Shown here: positions 55,601 through 64,000 of the stretch, in pieces
How the letters are laid out: each line of letters begins with the position of its first letter
Position numbering within the stretch: position 1 is the first letter of the stretch
NCBI RefSeq assembly: GCF_011386835.1
Contig: NC_088798.1
Location: 110,236,001-110,300,000, forward strand
Reading direction: 5' to 3'
DNA: 64,000 bases
Source of the DNA: Chrysemys picta bellii
Taxonomy: Eukaryota
The notes under the pieces: generated by a model
What the model saw: the letters and a program-made list of their open reading frames with translations, nothing else
The model's database searches: none
What the model was told of the DNA's origin: nothing
Translations under genes and position numbers: made by a program

Positions 55601-58600
55601 CATCTCAGCAGTGCTTGATCCAGGTCTTTTCCATTGATGAGGGTGAGGCAGAGTTCACTCACCACTGCGGCGCCTCCTGCTGGCTCTCCCGGGGATTAGC
55701 TCTGCTAGCCGGTGCGTCCTCTTCTGGTGGTGTCTCGCTGCTGTCACTTCTGCTTCAGGACCCACATCACTCCCAGGAGCATGGCATCCTCTTCATGACA
55801 CAGCTCTCTGGCCGTGTCACGCTCTGTTCTCCCCCCTTCCGGGGGAACTGCTGAAGTCCAGCCAGTTCCCTCAGTGGCTACTGCAGCCAATTGTCTGGCC
55901 ACTTCCTCAGTGGCAATCTGCAGTTGGGGGGACCCGGGCCCACCCACTACTCCGAGTCTCAGCCCAGGAACCCTCTAGATGGCAGCTACGTGCTACGTCC
56001 CCTCCAACCTCTCAGTACCTTTCCCTGGGCCATTTCCCCACAGCCCCCAGCACCCTCTTTGCCCTTCCCTCAGGGTTGCCCAACCCAGAGCCATCTTTAG
56101 CTCTCCCTGGTCACTGCTAGTAGCACTGCTCTGTCCAGGGTGCTGGCGCTCCTTCCTCTGCTAGGAGCCTGGCCTGACCTTCCCTCCTCAAGCTCCAGGC
56201 AGCTACGGAAGCTGCTCTGCCCTGCAGCTGTTCTTATATGGCCTGCCAGGCCCTGATTGGCTGCTCCTCACAGCCCCTCTCTAATTGGCTGCCTCCTGCA
56301 TAGACTCCCTAAGGCTCTATTAACCCCTTATGGGCCAATGTGGGGCAGTCGCCCCATCACAGAGAGTTACAAGTGGTTTATGGTCTGTTATCAGTGTAAG
56401 TGAATCCAATCCACACAGATCTCTGTAAAGTTCTTACGTGCCCCTAAGCTTGCCAGCCTCCTTTTCAATCTGTGCAGATCGTTTTTCCACTTTGTGTATG
56501 TGCAAGAGCAAAATGCAGCTGGCTTCTACTCAGAGCCATGTTGTTGCAACAATTCACCACCTAGGCCAGAGCTGCTTGTGTCTCCACTGACCCCCATTGT
56601 GGGTTTATTCACATAGAACTTGAGAGGTAGAGCTATTGAGGTCATTTCTTTTATCTTTTTGAAGACAATTTCTTGATTTGGCCCCATAGTCAAGGTGTGT
56701 TGGACTTCAATAGTTTATTCAGTGGTTTTGTCACTGCAGAAAGGTCATGTGGGTACCAACCAAGGTAATTCACCATCACCAGTAGGCGTCTCAGTTCTGG
56801 TACATTCAATTCTTAAATTACTTCTCTCTCAGGTCTAGGACTGATTCCATCTTTGTTTATTGTCTCAGTTTGGGGTAGGCAGAAAACAAACTTCTCCTCG
56901 TTTAGCTTTAGTCCAGACTAAATGATTAGCCTTGGGACCTCGTTGAGAGTTTTGGTGTGTTCTTCCCTCAAAGAGGCATGCATTATATATTTATTTTAGT
57001 CCATGCAAATGACAACTCCATTTGTGTTCGTTAACAGTTCTGCCATCTTTCTTTGGAAAATTTCAAGCACACTGGTAATTCCAAAGGTAATCTTTGAAAG
57101 TAAAGTCTACCAAAGGGTGTGATAAATGTAGTCAGTTTAACACTATCTTTGGCTACCGGAATTTGCCAGAGTCTCCTTGAGGCATCCAGCTTGGAGAATC
57201 CTGTACTTCCTTTCACTTTGGGGAGGAAGTCAGCCAGTGCTGGGAGAACATATTTTTTTCTCTTGCAATGGCTTCACTGAGTCTTAAGATCCACACAGAT
57301 TCATATTTTCCTATTTTTCTTTATAGCTGGTACCATTGGGGCACACCGTGCTGTCAGCTCGGAGATTTTTCTCGGTTATGCCAATCCATTTAATTCTGTT
57401 TAACTCCGTTTCCACTCTATGAAGTAAGTGGGTAGGAGTCCGGCGCGGGGTATGTATGCTCTATGGTGCAGCAGTGTGTTTTAGGACTATCTGTACTGGA
57501 CCTCCTGTCAGAAATCCAATCTCATGAAATATTCCATCGAGTTCTTCCACCTTCCTCACTAGGCCCATCATGGCTGTCATGCTGGGTCTGAGGAGGCTGT
57601 TGGTCTGTGGTCCTTTCATCACATACACGCTGAGTGCTCAGCTGTTTCTGTGGTGAACTGGCCCATGCAGCTCAGAGTACCTCCAGGGCTAGTCAGAGTG
57701 GGTTGGGGGACTTCAGCTCTGGGAGGGGTTGAAGGTGATCGTAAATTACTTCTGAGATGGCTGATGTCAGCTCTTCAGTCAATTTTCAAGTCCAACTGTA
57801 TTGTCATAAATGTTCAGTTTCACTCTTCAGGCAGGTTCTGTGGCATCACATGTGATAAATCCCAGAAACAATGGCTCTTGGTTGTATCACTCAACTCCCT
57901 GACTGCACCCCCAGCAAGTCTTCGGAACCAGCTCAAACCCACCCAGCCAGGGATTCTGCAGCCCCCCAGGCATGCCTGGGGGGCTCCGGGATGCAGCCCC
58001 GGCCACTCAGGATCCCCTTGTCCTTGCAGGGGTTGCTCGCTGTCATCCAAAAGCTCAAGGGCTCCGTGGAGCAGGAACTGCGGATCGTCCTGCTGGGGCT
58101 GGACAATGCCGGAAAAACCACGCTGCTGAAGTGCCTGGCATCGGAGGAGGTCAGCACCATCACCCCCACGCAGGTAGGTGCAGAACCCCGGATCCAGCGC
58201 ATAGTGGGTGAGGTGGGCTCTCCTCCCCTGCCTGGACTTACAGCCCGGTTTGCTTCCCTGTGCAGGGGTTCAACATAAAAAGTGTGCACTCACACGGCTT
58301 CAAGCTGAATGTCTGGGACATCGGTGGGCAGCGTGCCATCCGCCCCTACTGGAAGAAGTACCTGGGCAACACAGACACGCTGGTGAGCATGGGGCCAGCC
58401 CCCAGGTGGGCAGGGAGGAGGCAGTGTTGGAAGCTGGACCGGCTGGGGTCCAATACTGGGGTTCCACAGCAGGAGCCTTTGTCCTACCTGCAAAGGGAGA
58501 CCTGGTGGGTGCCCACCCAGGGGTGCCTGGGGGGCAGGGTGCCTATAAAGGTGGGACTGGCAGGGTGCCATGGGGAGCAAGAAGTGAATGGGTGACTTCC

Positions 58601-60607
58601 CCTTTTGTTCCTGTGGCAGATTTATGTCATTGACAGCGCTGACAAGAAACGCTTTGAGGAGACCGGGCAGGTATGATGCGGCCCCCCTGGAAATACACTG
58701 GCTTGTGGGCAGATTGCTCTCGACATTACATGTGCTGGGACAGGTCACAGATGTGCGTGCTTCTGGGGGTCTTTGGGACCAAGTCTTGGCTGTGCTGCTG
58801 GAGCAGCTACTTTTCCCAGTATAACAGTGTCTACTGGCCATTCCAGACTTTTTTTTTTGGGGGGGGGGGCAATATCTATGGGATGCAGCGAGAACCAGGG
58901 TTGTTAACTACCCAATTCTGTGAGTAAGCTGGGCTTGACACCCCAGCCCCTGATGAACCTCCCCCATCAAGGGATTGGTGAGAAATGTAGTTCCCCAGCA
59001 GCCGGTTGTATCCTGAACTGAAGGAAGGCACGTGTAATCAGGCACAGACTCACCCCTGCGGCGCCTCCTGCTGGTCATCTTGGGAATTAGCTCACCAGTC
59101 ATCAGAGGGCCCTCTGCAGGCCAGGTGTCCCATCTGTCATTGGCCCTCCTGGACCCCAGTGCCCTTGGCTTGGGTGCTGCCCCCCTAGCAGTACCCTACT
59201 CTCTCTCAGTCTTCCCCCCTCCCCAGGGAACCCCCACATCACCTCAGTCATGGTTACTGCCAGTCACCATCTAGCCCCCACGCCCTGGGGCAGACTGCCA
59301 TCTATCAGCCAATCATCACAGGCAACAAGGGGTCTAGACTGACTGCCTTCACCCACCCCAGCTGCCCCTCTGCAACCCCAATACCTACATGGGCCTAGGA
59401 CCAGGCCCTGCAGCCTGGGGAGTTGCTGGCCTAGGGCTTCCCTGCCCCCAAGGCCTTTCCCCATCCCTGACTCACTCTAGGTCCCCAGTGAGCTCCCTAC
59501 AGCCAGGCCTGTCACTCTCGCCTGTCAGAGGGAGACTCCTCATCTTCTAGCTGCCCTGGCCTTCTTATAAGGCTGAGTGGCTCCGTTTGGGGCGTGGCCC
59601 CAGCTGCAGCCACTTCCCCCAATCAGCCGGGGTTTGCCCCTTTCCACAGTCCCAGCCCCAGCCCTCGGCAGGGCTTTTCCCACCCCTTCAGGGCTGGAGC
59701 AGGTGTTTACCCCGCTACAGCACGGCAGGCAGCAAAGGGGTTCATGGTGAGGAACGTTTCCTCCCCAGCTCGTGAGCCCCATGACACTGATGGGACCTGA
59801 GGCCCAGAGCAGAACACACCTGAGGTCACAGAGTCCAGGGCGGAGCCAGGAGATTAACCCACATCCCAGGCCATAGTCAGAGGCTGGGGTCAAGGCTACC
59901 CACTGGTTACACATGCTGGGCTTTCCCTTTGGAAGGGGACTGATGCCAGGAAGGGCTGTGCCAATTCCAGACAGCCTCAGGGAGGGTGAAACTCCCTGCC
60001 TTCTGGGGTTTGGCCTCTGACCCCCTGCTGGGTTGGCAGTGTCCCAGGGACCCTTGCAGAGAATTGCCAGCTCAGTGACACTTGGTGAGGGATGTCCCCC
60101 AACCCATCATCCAGATCCCACTCGCGTGACAAGGCGGGTGCAAGCTCCTGGAACGATGCCCTGGCAGCGGAGCCCTGCAGCTGTCTGCGCTCAAGGCCTA
60201 CTGCTTGCTCTGTCTCTCGGCAGGAGCTGGCGGAGCTGATCGAGGATGAGAGTCTCACCGGTGTCCCTTTGCTGGTGTTTGCCAACAAGCAGGATCTGGC
60301 AAGTGCAGCACCAGCTGCAGAGATCGCAGAGGGACTGAAGCTACCTACGTACCGGGACCGCCAATGGCAAATCCAGGCCTGCTCAGCCCTGTCTGGAGAA
60401 GGAGTCCAGGTATGGGGGTGAAGCCCGGAGGAGCAGAGGTTGGGGAGGTCAGCGAAGAAGCCCAGGGGCCAGTGATCTGGCAAAGAGACCCCCACAAGGA
60501 ATCAAGCCAGGGGACGCTGGGAAGGGCCAGTGCTCACACTGGTTTCTTGTTTTTAATAGGATGGGATGAACTGGATTTGCAGCCAGATCACAAGCCGGAA
60601 GAAGTGA
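52686..60607 (+). CDS. ADP-ribosylation factor-like 3 paralogue (ARL3-like), 6 coding exons, 187 aa
   Basis: Exons: 52686-52703 (MGEVQK), 58030-58173 ([10 protein letters not shown]...[11 protein letters not shown]), 58266-58382 (GFNIKSV...[13 protein letters not shown]), 58620-58670, 60224-60409 (FANKQDL...QACSA), 60560-60607 ([15 protein letters not shown]). Exon sizes 144/117/51/186/48 match the ARL3 layout as recalled. The N-terminal extension and synteny point to the arl3l paralogue rather than ARL3 itself. Confidence 0.9.
54005..54710 (-). mobile_element. Solo LTR nested in the Gypsy integrase region
   Basis: TGTA...TACA ends, TSD ATCTG/ATCTA. CCAAT (54579-54583) then TATATAA (54556-54562) on the minus strand. 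Confidence 0.85.
55635..56361 (-). mobile_element. Solo LTR nested in the Gypsy RNaseH region
   Basis: Splits the reading HKPLVTL|[20 protein letters not shown]. Shares the ACTCACCACTGCGGCGCCTCCTGCTGG end with 54005 and 59033. Confidence 0.8.
59033..59719 (-). mobile_element. Solo LTR in an ARL3-like intron (between coding exons 4 and 5)
   Basis: TGTA...TACA ends and a perfect 5-bp TSD GCACG (59028-59032 and 59720-59724). Homologous to 54005-54710. Confidence 0.9.
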
Positions 60608-60863
60608 CTGAATGGAGCTGCAGTTCGCACAGCCAGCTCACCCGCTCCCAGAGATTCCCAGCAGTAGGCCCTCCCTGGACCCCCGGGCACAGGCTGCTGA
60701 GCTCAAAGGGCCTTTGTCGGCCAAGCTCTCCTTGCTCATCAGCTTCTCTGGAATTCCTCACCCTCATGGGTTTCATTTGGTCACTGGTGTATCTGCAGTT
60801 CCTGAATTGTGGAGGGAGGGCAGCATCAAGGGCTCCAGTGGAGCCAGGAGCAAGCCTCTAGAC

Positions 60864-61498
60864 CAGCCTTTTTCAAAATTCGGGTCGCGACCCAGTACTG
60901 GGTTGCTCTGGTCAGCACTGCCGACTGCTTCGTTAAAAGTCCTGTCGGCGGTGCTGCCCAGCCAAGGCACACTAGTGCCTACCTGTTCCGACACCACACT
61001 GCGCCCCGGAAGCGGCCAGCAGCAGGTCCGGCTTCTAGGCGGGGGGCCATGGAGCTCCACGCGCTGCCCCAGCCCTGAGCAGCGGTTCTGTACTCCCATT
61101 GGCCAGTTCCCGGGGTGGGCAGTGCCTGCAGGTGAGAGCCACGCGGAACTGCTTGCGCGCCTCCACCTAGGAGCCAGACCTGCTGCTGGCCGCTTCAGGT
61201 GGGAAGCCTGCCTCTGCACCCCCGCTGTGCCACTGAATGGAAGCCGCCGGAGGTAAGCCTGTGCCCCAACCCTGTGCCCCAATCCCCTGCCCAGCCCTGA
61301 GCCCCCCCCAACCCAGAACCCCCTTCTGCACCCCGAACCCCTCATCCCCAGCCCCACCCCAGAGCCTGCACCCCAACCCTTGGCCCCAGCCCTGAGCCCC
61401 TCCCACACCCTAAATCCCTCATCCCCAGCTCCGTTGAGTCGCCGGCATCAACAATTTTCTTCAACTGGGTCTCCAGAAAAAAAGTTTGAAAACCACTG
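60864..61498. mobile_element. hAT-Charlie-like MITE A
   Basis: TIRs CAGCCTTTTTCAAA / TTTGAAAACCACTG. TSD CTCTAGAC (60856-60863 and 61499-61506). Confidence 0.85.
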
Positions 61499-61506
61499 CT
61501 CTAGAC

Positions 61507-61851
61507 CAGCAGTTCTCAAATTGTGGGTCAGGACCCCAAAGCGGGTCGCGACCCTGTTCATGGGGTCGCCAGGGCTGGCATTAGGCTTGCTGGGGCCAAA
61601 GCCAAAGCCTGAGTACCACCGCCTCGGGCCAAAGCTGAAGCCCATGGGTCTCAGGCTTCAGCTTCATCCCTGGGCGGCAGGGCTCATGTTACAGGCCCCC
61701 CTGCCCAGGGTTGATGTCCCTTGGCTTTGGCCCCCCCACCTAGGGCAGTGGAGCTTGGGTGGGCTGAAGCTTCAGTCCCCCCTCTTGGGTTCATGTAGTA
61801 ATTTTTGTTGTCAGAAGGGGGTTGCGGTGCAATGAAGTTTGAGAACCGCTG
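61507..61851. mobile_element. hAT-Charlie-like MITE B, directly abutting A
   Basis: TIRs CAGCAGTTCTCAAA / TTTGAGAACCGCTG, followed by ATCTAGAC (61852-61859). Confidence 0.85.
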
Positions 61852-63048
61852 ATCTAGACCTAAAGTCCAGCCAGGCTCTCAGTGGTGTGCTGTGCAATTG
61901 TTAGGAAGGCTGCAATTTTACGCATGCATGCACAGCGCAACCTTGCACATACGGTGCATGCAAAGTCACACAGGGCAGAGGATGTCATTTTGTAGAACAA
62001 GATGCCATCCTCCATGCATTTCTGGGGCGGCCGGAATCATCCCATGCGCACAGACAGTCAGGAAGTCAGAGTCAGCACATAGACGGCACACTACTGCAGT
62101 ATCTTAACCCACAGGCTACATTCTTTATCCGTATCCCCGCAGCACCACTGCAAGCCAGTCCCCTAAGCGTCTGATCCGCACGTTAACGCTGCTTGAGAGT
62201 AGTTATTGCAAAACTGGTAATTTCAGAGCAGCCCAAGGAGCTGTGCTTTTGAAAATCGAGCCCCAAACGGCAGCCTGAAACTGAACTGTCACATGCTGTA
62301 CCCACTGGGCCTGTACATTGACACTACACCCGCTGTGCATGAGCATGCTGACCCTGCAGCCTACACCCATGTGCATTGTACATGGAATCCACTGGTGAGC
62401 GTGTTACATGTTCCCCACCGTAGCTAGAGGATGTTAGTCTGATACATTCCCCAGCCCCAGACTCTTTAGTTCAAGTTGCAGAGATGTGTATGTTCAGCTT
62501 TTGAAGTTGTTGCTTCACTCCATAGGGTCAGTGAAGCCTGTAGCTGGCATGCACAGAGTGACCATGCAGGAATGCCCCTGACAGTGTTGTACGATGCCAG
62601 CCCAGCAGTGCTGCTGTGAGAATCTCATAACCACCAGAGACACAGGCATGCTGACGCACCCAAATCTGCCCACAGCTGTGACAATCCCCCAAGCCTAATG
62701 GGGGGCGGGCGGGTTCCTCCTGCCCTTTTGCACGTCCCTGTCTCCAACCCTGGCCCCATCCCAGGAGCTGAGCAGAGACACTGCCTGTATCTGAGCAGGG
62801 ACATTTGGCAGAAAAGCAGTAATAGGGCAGGCCCCAGTGATCCAGCCTGCTCAGGACCCAGGCTGGGTCTGGCATCTCCAATAAAGCTGGCTGGGCTCTG
62901 GCTGCTGCTTTGGCTGAGTTATTGGTGCGCGGAGGGGGGCGCGGGGGTCGTGGCCACAAGGCTTGGGGTTCCTGGGAGCGGGATGGCGCATGCCTGAGGG
63001 TCCGTGGGGGCGGCGCGATGTCAATGGCTGGTTGCAGAGTGACAAGGA

Positions 63049-63208
63049 GGGAGGGATAGCTCAGTGGTTTGAGCACTGGCCTGCTAAACCCAGGGTTGTG
63101 AGTTCAATCCTTGAGGGGGCCATTTAGGGATCTGGGGATTTAGTTGGGGTTGGTCCTGCTCTGAGCAGGGGGTGGGACTAGAACCTCCTGAGGTCCCTTC
63201 GGAATCTG
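63049..63208 (+). mobile_element. Turtle tRNA-derived SINE with CR1-derived tail
   Basis: Box A TAGCTCAGTGG (63058-63068), box B GAGTTCAATCC (63100-63110), 3' tail ACCTCCTGAGGTCCCTTC shared with CR1 3' ends. Confidence 0.9.
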
Positions 63209-63237
63209 TGCTGCGGTCCGACAGACCTAGCCCAAGT

Positions 63238-63535
63238 GCATGCTGGGAGTCGTAGTCCTCCGGGCTAGGGCATGCGAGGAGAAGCTATTCACGCCCCACC
63301 ACCCCATTGCATGCTGGGAGCGGTATGAGCTCCGTTAGCCCCGCCTCTCGGCTGCCATGGATACGAGGAATGACGTGTAGCGCTCGCACTAGCTGCTCTG
63401 TGTGGGGGCGGGGCCTCCTCCGGAAGCCCCCTCAGGCCGGGTTCTAATTGGAGGGCTGGCGCGGCCCTAGGCAGGAGTTTCCGGGGAGGCTGGTGTGTTC
63501 TGGTTCCGGTTCCGGTCGGAAGCAGTGGGAGCGGG
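63238..63535 (+). promoter_or_regulatory. LMAN2 CpG-island promoter
   Basis: ZNF143/SBS-ACTACA-type motif GCATGCTGGGAGTCGTAGT (63238-63256) and a second partial copy at about 63309. X-box-like GCTGCCATGGATAC (63351-63364), TGACGTG (63371-63377), GC box GGGGCGGGGC, inverted CCAAT and ETS-type TTCCGG repeats in CpG-rich sequence. Confidence 0.75.
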
Positions 63536-64000
63536 ATGGCGGCGGGTCCGGGAGGGGGCGGCTGTGCGCGCCGCGGGCGGTGGGGTCGGGGCTGCCCCGT
63601 GCGTGGCCTCTTGTCCGGGGCGCTGCTGCTGCTGGCGTCCGGGCTGCGGCGCGGGGCCGCCGAGCTCACCGACGGGAACAACGAGCACCTGAAGCGGGAG
63701 CACTCGCTGACCAAGCCCTACCAGGGTGAGGGGGCGAGCGGGGCTGGGGACACCCCTCCGAGACGGGCCCTGCCACGGTCTGGCCGCTTCTCCCCCTCGC
63801 TGGCCCCACGTTCCCAATGGGTCCCCCCAGGCCTGTCCGGCTCAGCCTGCCCCCAGCATGGTCATTCTCTGCAGCTCCCAGAGCCCTCGCAGCCCTTCCC
63901 GTCCGCTTGGCTTGTGATCTCAGCTGTGCCCCTTCTCTCTGCTCTAGGGGTTGGTTCCACTTCGATGCCGCTCTGGGACTTCCAGGGGAGCACGATGCTC
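63536..64000 (+). CDS. LMAN2: Lectin, mannose-binding 2 (VIP36), exon 1 and start of exon 2 (runs off the window)
   Basis: Exon 1, 63536-63725: MAAG...LLLLASGLRRGAAELTDGNNEHLKREHSLTKPYQ. Exon 2 from 63948: GVGSTSMPLWDFQGSTML. Matches human VIP36 DITDGNSEHLKREHSLIKPYQGVGSSSMPLWDFQGSTML. Confidence 0.95.
   Translation, partial: MAAGPGGGGCARRGRWGRGCPVRGLLSGALLLLASGLRRGAAELTDGNNEHLKREHSLTKPYQGEGASGAGDTPPRRALPRSGRFSPSLAPRSQWVPPGLSGSACPQHGHSLQLPEPSQPFPSAWLVISAVPLLSALGVGSTSMPLWDFQGSTML

Larger units (their letters stand above)
53400..57900 (-). mobile_element. Degraded Gypsy/Ty3 LTR-retrotransposon pol region in ARL3-like intron 1
   Basis: Domains in protease-RT-RNaseH-integrase order: LKID*.AD (about 57760), [38 protein letters not shown] (57031-57216), YAQIEKEA (about 56480), TDDGPHL...[18 protein letters not shown] (54713-54895), terminal VTRSGH..KPVRY (about 53490). 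Many stops and frameshifts. Confidence 0.9.

Noticed and set aside
61860-62700. Possible transposon or gene remnant between the MITEs and the LMAN2 promoter
   Set aside because: No recognisable motifs, terminal repeats or splice-consistent exons.
63049-63125. tRNA gene
   Set aside because: A and B boxes are present, but the sequence continues into a SINE body and CR1-like tail with no proper acceptor-stem closure or Pol III terminator.

Overview
This is GC-rich vertebrate genomic DNA, almost certainly from a turtle. The evidence is the turtle-type tRNA/CR1-tail SINE, the Penelope elements and the CR1 repeats; the species cannot be determined. The window is the block syntenic to human 5q35.3. 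Gene order: F12 (+, 14 coding exons, about 580 aa, intact catalytic triad); an intronless alpha-2 adrenergic receptor (-, most likely ADRA2D, the ohnolog lost in mammals); an unexplained set of in-phase coding-like exons with their own poly(A) signal (-, candidate orphan microprotein or alternative RGS14 3' end); RGS14 (-, 15 coding exons, about 593 aa); an ARL3 paralogue (+, ARL3-like, 6 coding exons, 187 aa, head-to-head with RGS14 around an RFX X-box); and the 5' end of LMAN2 (+). Introns and intergenic DNA hold CR1, Ingi/Vingi-like and Penelope retroelements (the last with hammerhead-ribozyme-like motifs), a degraded Gypsy element with nested solo LTRs, hAT and Tc1/mariner-type MITEs, and about ten GC-rich minisatellites. 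Most long ORFs in the ORF track are artefacts of those minisatellites. Exon coordinates were read by hand from splice signals and reading phase. Comparisons with human or fish genes are from recall, not database searches.
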